Assembly (NCBI GenBank): GCA_041649835.1
Contig: JBAZML010000002.1
Coordinates: 3,318-67,317, forward strand
DNA length: 64,000 nt
From: Candidatus Shapirobacteria bacterium
GTDB lineage: Bacteria; Patescibacteriota; Microgenomatia; UBA12405
Reading direction: 5' to 3'
Shown here: positions 54,223 through 63,839 of the stretch, piece by piece
Position numbering within the stretch: position 1 is the first letter of the stretch
Layout of the letters: every line of letters begins with the position of its first letter
Program-made: the position numbers and the translations under genes
The notes under the pieces: generated by a model
The model's database searches: none
What the model saw: only the letters and a program-made list of their open reading frames with translations
Told to the model about the DNA's origin: nothing

Positions 54223-55080
54223 TTAACTTTTGAGAATTTCTTTCCATCTTTCTACCATACTTGAGCGGTAGGTTTCAAATGGAGACTTTTCTTCTTTGAT
54301 TAAATCTTTTTTAGGTTTATCTTCTACAGTTATTTTGCCCTTGCCCTCAGATACTTCTGCGTTTTTCATTTTCTTTGAGTCGCATTCAGGACACATGGTT
54401 ATGTTGCAGGCTTTATCCGATTTTCCTTCATAACCACATTCAGGACATACACAGTCATTAGACTTTGCATCTTCGGCCTCATGTAGTTTATTTTCTACAA
54501 TAAGATCAAATTTACGATCGATTTCTTTTACGTTTGTTACGCCTTCTAACAGACCCATAACTCGTTTGCGAGCGGGAGTAGTTAGTCCATCAGTTTTTCT
54601 TACTTTATATAGTTCAGCTGCCAGATCTTGAGCATCAGATTCTAATACAAACTTTTCTTCCATTAGGCCGTTAACGTCTTCATTTAACTTAAGAATTTCG
54701 TCTCTAGCTTCATTCAGAAGCTCTCTGGCTTCGTCGTCGAGCACGCCTTCATCAATACCAATACGTACTTTAAACTGGTCAATTAGGTCGGAGTATAGTT
54801 CGCCTTTGCGAGCATACTCCATAATATTCTCGGGAATAATCATCTCTTCTTCTAAGATGTCATCTACGAAATTAGAAAACTTAGAGGTGATATCTTTCTT
54901 ATAGTCTTCAAATTTTTCTTCATAGTGCTCTAAAAGTTTTTCCTTTTCAACTTCAAGGGCCTCGTTTACTTTTTCCTGAACTTTTAGGTCAACAATATCA
55001 TTAAGCTTTTCAGTTATAGCAGCTTGCTGGTCTTCGTTCAAAGACTCGGCTTTTAGCATTTTTAAAATTTCATCAAACAT
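54223..55080 (-). CDS. prohead scaffold/core protein (gp22-like) with embedded zinc ribbon
   Basis: Highly acidic coiled-coil protein directly upstream of capsid gene; CVCPECGYEGKSDKACNITMCPECD. Confidence 0.5.
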   Translation of the reverse strand: MFDEILKMLKAESLNEDQQAAITEKLNDIVDLKVQEKVNEALEVEKEKLLEHYEEKFEDYKKDITSKFSNFVDDILEEEMIIPENIMEYARKGELYSDLIDQFKVRIGIDEGVLDDEARELLNEARDEILKLNEDVNGLMEEKFVLESDAQDLAAELYKVRKTDGLTTPARKRVMGLLEGVTNVKEIDRKFDLIVENKLHEAEDAKSNDCVCPECGYEGKSDKACNITMCPECDSKKMKNAEVSEGKGKITVEDKPKKDLIKEEKSPFETYRSSMVERWKEILKS

Positions 55081-55094
55081 TTATCTTCTCCTTC

Positions 55095-55508
55095 TTAGCG
55101 CTGTTTGGTAAGACCAAGTTTTTTACCAGAAAGACCTTTACCCATTTTTTCCATACGAGCAATTTTAGGTTTTAGCTTTCTTATTCTAGCTTTGATCTTA
55201 GCTTTATTTTTACGATAATACATCTTAGACTTTCTACGATTTTTAGCGTTAGTCTTTTTTAACAGACGCACTTCGCTGACTTCACCCTCGTCCTCATTTT
55301 CGGTATCCTCTTCGTCACCCTCATCACCAGAATCAAGTTCGTTGAGAATATCATGTAAACGAACAACCATTTCATCTGATAAATTTTCGTCGTCAAGTTC
55401 TAGTAAAAATTCTACCATGTTATTGACAAGTTCATCATCAGACATTTGTTCGTTTAGAGGTTCGATGTCAGTACCGAGATATTTTCTCAGTTTTTCATCT
55501 ATGTTCAT
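55095..55508 (-). CDS. prohead core/internal protein (acidic N-half, basic C-tail)
   Basis: Composition and position between protease and scaffold. Confidence 0.35.
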   Translation of the reverse strand: MNIDEKLRKYLGTDIEPLNEQMSDDELVNNMVEFLLELDDENLSDEMVVRLHDILNELDSGDEGDEEDTENEDEGEVSEVRLLKKTNAKNRRKSKMYYRKNKAKIKARIRKLKPKIARMEKMGKGLSGKKLGLTKQR

Positions 55509-55547
55509 ATATTATTGCCCTCCTATTGAGTTGTAATTCCTATAGAG

Positions 55548-55555
55548 TATTTATA
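55548..55555 (-). promoter_or_regulatory. T4-type late promoter motif TATAAATA
   Basis: tatttata on plus strand ~40 nt upstream of ATG 55508 with GGAGGG RBS. Confidence 0.5.
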
Positions 55556-55738
55556 CAAATTTGCATTTTTGTTACAAATTACTTATGAATTAAAGATTTT
55601 ATCTTCTTTTCTATCTTATATACAACATTACCAACAGGCCCCCGTTTTTTTCTAGAATCGGCGCTAGCTTTTCTAGCGGCCTCAGACCAAGCTTCGCCTA
55701 AAAGCAATTCTATTCTATTTAGTAGTTTTGTATTCATT

Positions 55739-56023
55739 CTATCCCCCAAAAGTTTTCTTGATATTATTTCCTACTGACTGAAATCCCTTTACCGCGATAT
55801 TTTTTAACACCTCTAGTGGAAGCATTTTAAGATCTGAGTAGGCGGATTTAAGTTTTGTTTGAGCGCCTATCAGTCGTTTAAGATTTCTAGCTTCTTCACT
55901 TTCTTCTATTATGGCCTCTATTACTTGAAGGGCTGTGTCTACACTATTAAGCATAGATACATATAAAGCTGCTGCAGAATCCTCATTTAATGTTTTATCT
56001 GAAAAATACTCTTTTAGTTCCAT
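55739..56023 (-). CDS. hypothetical head protein
   Basis: 94 aa. Confidence 0.3.
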   Translation of the reverse strand: MELKEYFSDKTLNEDSAAALYVSMLNSVDTALQVIEAIIEESEEARNLKRLIGAQTKLKSAYSDLKMLPLEVLKNIAVKGFQSVGNNIKKTFGG

Positions 56024-56035
56024 GAATTTATGGCC

Positions 56036-56479
56036 TTATAAGAATTTTATGCCGGTATAAACCGCGTTCTTATTTCTTTTTCTATATGAAGGTAGGTCTA
56101 TAGAATGAATCTCTGTACCTTTGGTTATTGTTATCCTGACTGGATTATAATTGTCAAAATGTACTTTAATATCTAATGGAGTTTGGGCACTTTTAAATAC
56201 CACAGTATCTCCATGTCCGGGGTTATCAGGATCGCTTTTTATAACTCTATCGAAAGCAAAGCCTTTAGATTTTAGAGCAAAATCTATTTTGTCTCTTAGG
56301 TCTCGATAATAGTTTTTACTATCTTCTGTATTTGTTAGTTTTCCTACAAGTTTAGTGATTAAGCTAACAACGAATTTAAGAAGAACTGGAGTAGCAACAA
56401 CCGCAGCAGTTTTAGCTAAAGTTGCAGTTAAGTTTTCAGCCAAAAGTAAATCTATTCTTTTTACGAGATCTTTAGACAT
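56036..56479 (-). CDS. hypothetical head protein
   Basis: 147 aa. Confidence 0.3.
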   Translation of the reverse strand: MSKDLVKRIDLLLAENLTATLAKTAAVVATPVLLKFVVSLITKLVGKLTNTEDSKNYYRDLRDKIDFALKSKGFAFDRVIKSDPDNPGHGDTVVFKSAQTPLDIKVHFDNYNPVRITITKGTEIHSIDLPSYRKRNKNAVYTGIKFL

Positions 56480-56481
56480 TT

Positions 56482-57279
56482 CTACCTTCCTACGATTTTA
56501 ATAAGTTTACCGTAAGCCTGTTCTAATAGAGCTCTTGTAGCTACTAACTCAGAATATTTTATCTTATCCCCCGATTCTTTCATTACTTTTTCCATAGTCT
56601 TTAAAGGAAAATAAGTATCAAAAGTATCAATAGTTTTGGCTAATCCACGAACTATTACAGAACCGTTGCCCTCATCTAGTCGAGAAAGCTGATTCATTAA
56701 GAACTTGAAATACTCTTCTTTAAGTTCTTCTACATTAGGCTCGACTTTATCTTCAGAATCATAAGTAGCAAATGTAGTACCTTCATAAATACCATTAACC
56801 CAAGATGGGTTATTTGATGGACTCGAAACTAGATCCCAAAGGATGAGTTTATATTCGTCATTTACAACTCCAGACTCATTGACCGAGCCTAGACCTCTAG
56901 AGCTAATACCTATGGGCCCCTCTTTTAAAAGAGTCTTAGCTATCTGTCCGTTTGGGGTATCTAGAATTTTAGCCTTACCATATAAATCATCCCCCTTCCA
57001 TTCAAGTTGCATTGTTCTAATAGCAACTTTGTCTAGATTGGGTTCTGGGTTTGATGGATGGCCGAGCTCTCCCCATAGAGGAATGCCCTTTTTTAGATAA
57101 GCCTCTTGGAGTTTAGTAACTTCTCTTTCTAAAATAGGTTTCTTGTAAATTCTACCATTAGCATTCTTCTTTTCGGCTGAAGAGAAGATCCCGACTACAT
57201 ATAGACTTTTGTCCTTAGCGTCTTCCTCAAGAACAACGTCGTAACTGCATTCTGTTATCAGTTTTAATCTCTGGTTCAT
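56482..57279 (-). CDS. prohead core protease, T4 gp21-like
   Basis: NANGRIYKK, GELGHPS, GISSRGLGS match gp21 NKNGRLYPE, GELTHPS, GVSSRALGS. Confidence 0.7.
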   Translation of the reverse strand: MNQRLKLITECSYDVVLEEDAKDKSLYVVGIFSSAEKKNANGRIYKKPILEREVTKLQEAYLKKGIPLWGELGHPSNPEPNLDKVAIRTMQLEWKGDDLYGKAKILDTPNGQIAKTLLKEGPIGISSRGLGSVNESGVVNDEYKLILWDLVSSPSNNPSWVNGIYEGTTFATYDSEDKVEPNVEELKEEYFKFLMNQLSRLDEGNGSVIVRGLAKTIDTFDTYFPLKTMEKVMKESGDKIKYSELVATRALLEQAYGKLIKIVGR

Positions 57280-57299
57280 AATAGCTTCCTTTTTATTAC

Positions 57300-57491
57300 T
57301 TATTCTTTTTCGCCTTCCTCTTCCTTCTCTACTTTTACCGGATCTACTTCTTTTTCAAGGCCCACCGTGTCTTTTAAATAACTGTTCTTTGCTGCTTGAA
57401 TTTCTTTTTTGAGAATTTCTTTGGCAGTCACATAATCATCTTTACTAAATGCGTCTAGAGCATCTTTTACTTTTTCGGTGTCAACAGGCAT
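57300..57491 (-). CDS. small acidic prohead core protein (gp67-like position)
   Basis: 63 aa between portal and protease. Confidence 0.3.
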   Translation of the reverse strand: MPVDTEKVKDALDAFSKDDYVTAKEILKKEIQAAKNSYLKDTVGLEKEVDPVKVEKEEEGEKE

Positions 57492-57527
57492 ATGTTATTC
57501 TCCTTATAGTTTATTTATTAAAAATTT

Positions 57528-59090
57528 CTAATATCCACCACTTTGCTGTTGTTCAAGTTTTGGATCAGGTCTGAATCCTAGTTTTATGTCTTCAGCAAAC
57601 GAGGCAGCATTCGCCTTAATATCATTTTCGTCCCATTCTAAATATTTTCTCATTAAGAAGGACTTTCCCATTTCTGGCAAATTTGCGAGTGTGAGATAAT
57701 TATTGAACTTTACTTCTCTCATTATTTGTTCTTGCTTGTCCTTATAGAAAGAAGGCTGAATCATCTTAATGGCTATATTGTCTCTAGTTAATTCGTATTC
57801 AGCTTTAAGACCCTTGAATTCTAGATGAAGTAAAAATAGATTAAGCCACTCATTACAAAAACGATTTTGCTGCCGAGAAAGAAATGTCGCCCATTTGATC
57901 TCATCTCTGCTAATTTCTCCAGCCGGGCTTCTTGAAAATAAAATCTCTGACTCTCTATCACTTTGCATAGCAGAAACCCTAGACATAGGATATTTAAGAG
58001 ACTGATACAGCTTTCTTTGAAAGTACTTAATATCTGAGAGTTCTGTAAACCCAGCTGTAGAAGATCCACCAACAGTAGAAATATCTGAACCTCTTCCCTC
58101 GCTCGACGTACTAAGAAAAAAATTGTCCTGTATAGATAAAACATCAGGATTTTGAGTTAATCTACCAGTACTTGGATCATAACTCTGTTTCTTCATCATA
58201 GAAGACTTTACTTTTTCAACATATTTCATGGCCTTATCTCTGGGCATATTTCCTACGTCTACCTTAAATACTAGTCTCTCGGGGGCCCTCACAATTCGGT
58301 AAATAATGATAGAAGTTTCAAGTAGTTTCAGTGTATTATACGGAACTTTTACCTTTTCCAAATACCCAAAAATCTCAGATTTAAGTCTTCCATAAATACC
58401 ATAGTCTACAAGTCCTATTTGGGCTGGTTCAAATTCAATAACATCTTTTTCTGATGGATTTACTTTTTTACCGGAATCTGGATTAAGATATTGTCTAAAC
58501 TTCTTTATTTTACCTGTTATATGATCGTATTCAAAATCCATAGTTTCTGACGGAAGTTTCTTAATTCCGATAATTCCGTTTTTTTGGTTCTTTTCATCTA
58601 TTATTCTTTCATAGTAAAATCTACCATCAATAAAATAGCTTCTAAAATAATCATAACAGTTTTCATGGAGTTTAAGTTTATTATAGAATAAATCGTCGAA
58701 TTCCTCTTGAAGTTTATCTATAATATTCTTATTCTTTTTAAGATCTTCCTCTTGAATATCGAGCACTAAAACTTTGCCTTCTAGATCTTCTTGGGTAGAT
58801 TCTATACAAGCATCTTCAATAACGTCTGCGATTTCTGGCATTTCAGCGATGTTTCTATAGTTTAAAATTTTTGCTCTTTCATTATCGAAAGTTTTATTTA
58901 TGTAGTGGGCGTAGAACAAATTAAAACTTGAAGTTGACAAAGCCGAAAATTGTGGTAGAAACTCTAACCCCTCACCTGACATATTCTTGGCAATTTTCGG
59001 TGTTAGCGTAGTTCCGCCCTTGTTTTTAAAGGCTGCTATTGACTCATCCAACTTACTTACATAATTTTTTACGCCAGATAATATTCCCAT
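57528..59090 (-). CDS. portal protein (gp20-like)
   Basis: 520 aa, gene order terminase..portal..protease..scaffold..capsid as in T4. Confidence 0.6.
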   Translation of the reverse strand: MGILSGVKNYVSKLDESIAAFKNKGGTTLTPKIAKNMSGEGLEFLPQFSALSTSSFNLFYAHYINKTFDNERAKILNYRNIAEMPEIADVIEDACIESTQEDLEGKVLVLDIQEEDLKKNKNIIDKLQEEFDDLFYNKLKLHENCYDYFRSYFIDGRFYYERIIDEKNQKNGIIGIKKLPSETMDFEYDHITGKIKKFRQYLNPDSGKKVNPSEKDVIEFEPAQIGLVDYGIYGRLKSEIFGYLEKVKVPYNTLKLLETSIIIYRIVRAPERLVFKVDVGNMPRDKAMKYVEKVKSSMMKKQSYDPSTGRLTQNPDVLSIQDNFFLSTSSEGRGSDISTVGGSSTAGFTELSDIKYFQRKLYQSLKYPMSRVSAMQSDRESEILFSRSPAGEISRDEIKWATFLSRQQNRFCNEWLNLFLLHLEFKGLKAEYELTRDNIAIKMIQPSFYKDKQEQIMREVKFNNYLTLANLPEMGKSFLMRKYLEWDENDIKANAASFAEDIKLGFRPDPKLEQQQSGGY

Positions 59091-59247
59091 TTTATACTCC
59101 TAAGTATTTTGTACAGTTTATTTTACACATAATAATCAAAAATCAACAAATTCCAAACTTGATAAGTACGAACGGTTTCACGAATATGCCGGTCTATATA
59201 CTCTCGATTAATAATGTTATGTTCTAATAATAAATAGCTAAGAAATT

Positions 59248-59700
59248 TCATTTTATTCCTAAACTTTTTTCAGTCAGTATCTTAAATTCTATTCCATTCT
59301 TTTTACAATATTCATCTGCTGCTTTCCATTTAGCCAAATTCCTAGTATAAGTAACCCATTCTTTTAAATAGTATGAGTCGTTTTTTTTTCTCGCCGGAAC
59401 CTTACATTCTTTTTCTGGTTTGATTTCTATAATGTAGTTGTTAATATTGCCGTCTTTTGTTTTAATTCTTACCATAAAATCTGGATAATAAGATCTAGAT
59501 TTCTTTTTAACAACATCGTAGTATAAAATCCTAATTGATTCACTAGACCATAGTATTATAGAAGATGTCTTGTCACAATATTCACAAAATTTACGTTCCC
59601 ATGAAGATCTACAAACAGCATGAGTCCCTACGAACTTATCTAGATTCTTTGGAACAAATATTGTATGACCTTTACCAACTTTATTTTTTATCCAACTCAT
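59248..59700 (-). CDS. PD-(D/E)XK-fold protein (head-completion-like or endonuclease)
   Basis: YYPDFMV...YIIEIKP (D...E-x-K); N-terminal C...C..C. Confidence 0.4.
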   Translation of the reverse strand: MSWIKNKVGKGHTIFVPKNLDKFVGTHAVCRSSWERKFCEYCDKTSSIILWSSESIRILYYDVVKKKSRSYYPDFMVRIKTKDGNINNYIIEIKPEKECKVPARKKNDSYYLKEWVTYTRNLAKWKAADEYCKKNGIEFKILTEKSLGIK

Positions 59701-60716
59701 GTTTTTATAATATAATTAATTACCAAATATGGTTGTAAATTATTATGCGCAGTCCCGCCGCCGGTAGAAGAAGTTTGATTTTCACCAAGAAAACATGTAA
59801 AACCGCTGCCAGCGGGAACAATATTTCCTCCAGTAAGCATTACTGCGGTATGTGTATGCGAAGGTATTTCATTAGTGATTAAGGTGTGTGTAGCTGCTCC
59901 ACCTGTTTGACCTAAAGAAGTAAAATTAGCATCTAAAGAATTTTTGCCTACTGGAATAATACCTCTTAAATCTGGAACATTAAATGTTGTTGTACCGTCT
60001 CCAACACCATATGTTGTATTCGTAATAGCGAATAAATCAGCATATGTAGTTCTTGATACAGCAGAACCATCACAAAGCAAAAATCCTGTAGGAGCAGAAA
60101 GCCCAGCATATGGAAATATAGAACCCTTAGGAATCAAATCTGTAACATCATCAACATACTTCTTATTAGCGACTTGATAGTCTTCAGTAGGAGCTTCGCT
60201 CGGGGTTAAAGGAAATGCTTGAAAAGTTATTGTGTTTCCTGCTGTACCATCCCATTCAGAATACACCAAAACCGTAGTAGCTCCTACTGTTATAGTTCCA
60301 GAACCCGTAAATATTTGATATGGACCTGCGATAACCGGCCCGCTAAATGTTATTGAAGACCCAGATGCTACACTAATAGTAGCCCCGGCCATAACATAAA
60401 CTGACACATTAGTAGGAATGCTAATACTTCCAGAAATTGTCCATATTCCTGGTACTAATACTAAAGTTCTGGTATTTGGAGACATAAGAGCGATAGCGGC
60501 TATAGCAGCAGCTATTGTAACCTGGTCTTTCGATGTTCCATATATCCTAGCATCTACCCATGGGCCCATAGATATGATGTCTGCTGGCTTTATCGCTGTT
60601 ATATTGTAGCTACCATCAAAAAGTTCTTGAATATATTCCCCAGAGACACCAGTAGGGATTTGAACTATATCAGCGTCTGAATATCCATTGATTATGTTGG
60701 TTTTTAATTCTGACAT
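59697..60716 (-). CDS. short tail fibre/receptor-binding protein with C-terminal phage tail collar domain (gp12-like)
   Basis: C-terminal LRGIIPVGKNS...GQTGGAATHTLITNEIPSHTHTA = collar-domain signature with HxH metal site. Confidence 0.6.
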   Translation of the reverse strand: MSELKTNIINGYSDADIVQIPTGVSGEYIQELFDGSYNITAIKPADIISMGPWVDARIYGTSKDQVTIAAAIAAIALMSPNTRTLVLVPGIWTISGSISIPTNVSVYVMAGATISVASGSSITFSGPVIAGPYQIFTGSGTITVGATTVLVYSEWDGTAGNTITFQAFPLTPSEAPTEDYQVANKKYVDDVTDLIPKGSIFPYAGLSAPTGFLLCDGSAVSRTTYADLFAITNTTYGVGDGTTTFNVPDLRGIIPVGKNSLDANFTSLGQTGGAATHTLITNEIPSHTHTAVMLTGGNIVPAGSGFTCFLGENQTSSTGGGTAHNNLQPYLVINYIIKT

Positions 60717-60728
60717 CTATTTAAGCTC

Positions 60729-62282
60729 CTATATTATTGAAGGGGTATTTAACCATGTCCAATCTGCGAGATCTGTTGAATCTGTGAGGATACCCCATAC
60801 ATCATCTTCCTCTTCTTTCTTACCAAACTCAAAACTTTCATCCAATATATCTAATGTTAAAGCATATGTTGCCCAATATAGAGCTGATACTAAATCATCA
60901 TTGAGATTATTACAAGTAAATTTTCCGCTTTTCTCTGAATAGTCATTCAACTGCTCTAACGTATCACGATCCAGAAGTTCAAGACTGTAATCCTCAATCA
61001 GCTTTTTCATTAACAAAACAGCCTTAGGTTTTGTATTTCTTGTTGCTCTTATTCCTAGATCTGTGGTCTTTGATCCGCAATTATAAAGTTTTGAATATTC
61101 TAGTTCCCACCAAAGTTGATTTACCACAGCAGAACCTTCTGCATTATTTTCACAAATAATCCAAGCCCCATTATAATAAACGCCAAGACGATTAAGTATC
61201 TCTGCATATTTATATACATCCACCATATTATCGTTAAATACTGCTACCTGTTTTAACTTAATAGGTTTTAAACTTATAACCTTTAAAATTTGGGTGCTGG
61301 AATAATGTTCTCCGGTTCCTTTAGCTGTATCAGCTCCAATAACATATACACAACCATCTATAGGCTTCTCATATACAAAAAGTTTACCATTTAAGTCCTT
61401 TGTAATTGGCTGTATATATTTATTAGAAATTTGCTTTAAAACTTCTGGATCAATTACTGTAGAGATAGAGCCGACGAAGGAACATTCAAATTCTTGATTA
61501 AAGAGGACCATATCATTATTCATATTCTTAAGTTGGTCTTCTTTCCACTTCTCGTCTCTTCCTTCTACATCACTCCAGATAGTTTTATAATACTTAAATT
61601 CATTTCTGTTATTTACAGCCCCATCCCATAGTTGGCCAAATAAATTAAACAGGCCTTTTGGAGTAGAAGCTATGATAATTTTAGCATCTTTTGAAGCAGA
61701 AACAGCTGGATAGTTAGACGCCCAAAACTCAGCGGCCAGCTTATCACTGGTCAAGTGAGCGAACTCATCTAATATTAGCAGTGTAATTGTTCTCCCCCTG
61801 AAGGCTGCTTTAGAAGTTGCTGCTGTTTGTATTGTACTTCCGTTCTCAAACGTTATTGAGGTCTCGTTATACTTAGTAATTCCAGGTTTTAGTTTTTCAT
61901 CAAGTTCCTCGTACATTAGTTTTATGCGCTGGAGGAAGTCTTGAGCTGATCTTGCAGAGTTTGATCCTATAGCGACATATGAATCTGGCCTAAATATTGC
62001 ATACCAAAGAGAATAGGATCCCATAGAAACCGTTTTTCCTTGTTGGCGCCCTGAGCAAATTATTACTCTATTGTTATTTAAAACTAAATCGAAAATATCT
62101 CTTTGATATTTTCTAGGAATAAATTCTACTCTACCGTCATCAGGGTGAAGAATGGTTACATGAGATAAGAAATAGTAAAAGTCTTCAGAACATCTAGTAA
62201 GTCGATCTATATCTTCCTTAGAATATTCGAGTTCAGTATTTGGTTTTTTTATAAAACCGAATTCATCGTATTTTATTGTCAT
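60729..62282 (-). CDS. terminase large subunit (gp17-like)
   Basis: Walker A CSGRQQGKT (gp17 SRQLGKT); size; upstream of portal. Confidence 0.8.
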   Translation of the reverse strand: MTIKYDEFGFIKKPNTELEYSKEDIDRLTRCSEDFYYFLSHVTILHPDDGRVEFIPRKYQRDIFDLVLNNNRVIICSGRQQGKTVSMGSYSLWYAIFRPDSYVAIGSNSARSAQDFLQRIKLMYEELDEKLKPGITKYNETSITFENGSTIQTAATSKAAFRGRTITLLILDEFAHLTSDKLAAEFWASNYPAVSASKDAKIIIASTPKGLFNLFGQLWDGAVNNRNEFKYYKTIWSDVEGRDEKWKEDQLKNMNNDMVLFNQEFECSFVGSISTVIDPEVLKQISNKYIQPITKDLNGKLFVYEKPIDGCVYVIGADTAKGTGEHYSSTQILKVISLKPIKLKQVAVFNDNMVDVYKYAEILNRLGVYYNGAWIICENNAEGSAVVNQLWWELEYSKLYNCGSKTTDLGIRATRNTKPKAVLLMKKLIEDYSLELLDRDTLEQLNDYSEKSGKFTCNNLNDDLVSALYWATYALTLDILDESFEFGKKEEEDDVWGILTDSTDLADWTWLNTPSII

Positions 62283-62285
62283 AAA

Positions 62286-63839
62286 TTATTTACTCTTTAT
62301 GTAATTATAAATTTCTTGCCCACTGTTTACAATAATTTCTATTCCATCCTTTTTATAATTAAGTTTAGAATAATTAATTTCTTTGGAGTGGTAAGGGGGT
62401 TCTTCTAAAGACATGAGAATTTCGCGCTCATAGTCTACTAATTCAAACTCAAATGTATTAGGATCAAATTTAGATTTAAAATAGAGACCTTCATATTTAA
62501 TTATTCCTTTGTCCCAAGTTCCGCCTTCCCACCTACCGTTTTCCCAAATTCCTTTAGTCCAATGCCCTCCTTTCCAAATACCATTAGACCAAATACCATT
62601 AGACCAAATACCATTAGACCAAATACCTCGTTCCCATGTACCATTAGTCCAAACTCCTTTGTCCCAAGTGCCGTTTTTCCAGGTACCTCGTTCCCATGTA
62701 CCATTTAACCATAGACCATTTAACCATAGACCATTGTGCCACGTGCCGCTAGCCCACGTGCCGCTAACCCAAGTTCCATCTTCCCACCTACCATTTTTCC
62801 ATATACCATTATTAAAAATACCTTTTTTCCAAACACCATCTTCCCAAACACCATCTTCCCAAACACCATCTTCCCAAACACCACGAAAAAACCATTTTCC
62901 ATGAGATTTTGTTAATTCTAATCTACCTTTAAGATCTTTAGCTTTTAAAATCCATAGTTCGTCTTTAAGAACCTGATCCCATGTAGTTCCATTGGTCAAT
63001 GTAATATATTTCTTAAGTTCTTCCACCCTAGCGGGCAGTCTTACGATAGTTGTTTTATCAACTTCATGATAAACTCTGTCAGACAATTTAAATATACCCT
63101 GTATCTTTGATTGAACACTTTCTAACCATTTTTCTACAGCCTCTTTAAATCCTGTAAGAGTTTCTAAGGGATATGTTCTAGAAGCTATTCCTAAATAGAC
63201 TCTCTTTGTTTTATCAAAGTATGGTTTAATCATTATTCTAGCTATAGGCCTTTTAATATTCTTGTCATCATCCTTAATTAAATATGCTATAATACTTCCC
63301 TCTGCAATTTCTTTTGGAACATATTTTTGATACTCTCCACCATTAGGGCCCAAAGTCATACATGACTCCCAGTCTCTACCTGTGGACATTCCTGCTATAT
63401 CATACGGATGTCTAGAAATAGCTATTAAAAGTTTATTAGAAGTTCCTGCCATCCTACCATAATCATTATTAAATTTGTTTAAGAGATCTTTTATATCTCC
63501 TTTAGCAAATCCCATTTCTTCGGGTTTCAATTTTTGTAAAACTTTTCCTATTTTCTGTTCGCGTATTTCACCTTTCTTTTTACAAAGACCTTTTAAATAA
63601 TCGGTAATTTCATACCCAAAAACATTTAAAAATCTGTTTAGCGCGTGGGCAATAGGATTATTGAGACCACTATCTATATTAATTTTAGGGGGCGTAAATG
63701 GTATGTAGATCCTATATTTACCGCCAAATAGAGAGTCGTATCGCGACTTGTTCCAATTTCGAGAAAGTTCTTTAGCTGTTGATAAAGGTAAAGTTTCATT
63801 TATCAAAGTTATGAAATATATTAATTTCTCTAAAATCAT
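62286..63839 (-). CDS. hypothetical protein with 26 tandem Trp-containing pentapeptide repeats (x-x-G-phi-W)
   Basis: FRGVW EDGVW EDGVW ... SNGIW SNGIW ... EGGTW over ~130 aa; occupies the small-terminase position. Confidence 0.5.
   Translation of the reverse strand: MILEKLIYFITLINETLPLSTAKELSRNWNKSRYDSLFGGKYRIYIPFTPPKINIDSGLNNPIAHALNRFLNVFGYEITDYLKGLCKKKGEIREQKIGKVLQKLKPEEMGFAKGDIKDLLNKFNNDYGRMAGTSNKLLIAISRHPYDIAGMSTGRDWESCMTLGPNGGEYQKYVPKEIAEGSIIAYLIKDDDKNIKRPIARIMIKPYFDKTKRVYLGIASRTYPLETLTGFKEAVEKWLESVQSKIQGIFKLSDRVYHEVDKTTIVRLPARVEELKKYITLTNGTTWDQVLKDELWILKAKDLKGRLELTKSHGKWFFRGVWEDGVWEDGVWEDGVWKKGIFNNGIWKNGRWEDGTWVSGTWASGTWHNGLWLNGLWLNGTWERGTWKNGTWDKGVWTNGTWERGIWSNGIWSNGIWSNGIWKGGHWTKGIWENGRWEGGTWDKGIIKYEGLYFKSKFDPNTFEFELVDYEREILMSLEEPPYHSKEINYSKLNYKKDGIEIIVNSGQEIYNYIKSK
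62505..62895. repeat. 15-bp-period coding repeat array (~26 units) encoding the W-pentapeptide repeat
   Basis: e.g. ccaaataccattagac x3 at 62583-62630; regular period across ~390 bp. Confidence 0.8.

Noticed and set aside
59248-59700. Calling ORF 59248..59700 specifically the T4 gp4 head-completion protein
   Set aside because: Only a generic PD-(D/E)XK D...E-x-K signature is visible. Size and location are suggestive, but I cannot verify homology without a profile search, so the call is left generic.
62501-62904. ORFs 62509..62904(+), 62501..62704(-) and 62720..62902(-) with odd low-complexity translations (PLDQIPLDQ..., MVFGKMVFGK...)
   Set aside because: They are alternative-frame or antisense read-throughs of the 15-bp W-pentapeptide coding repeat in ORF 62286..63839. 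The repeats keep all frames open artefactually.
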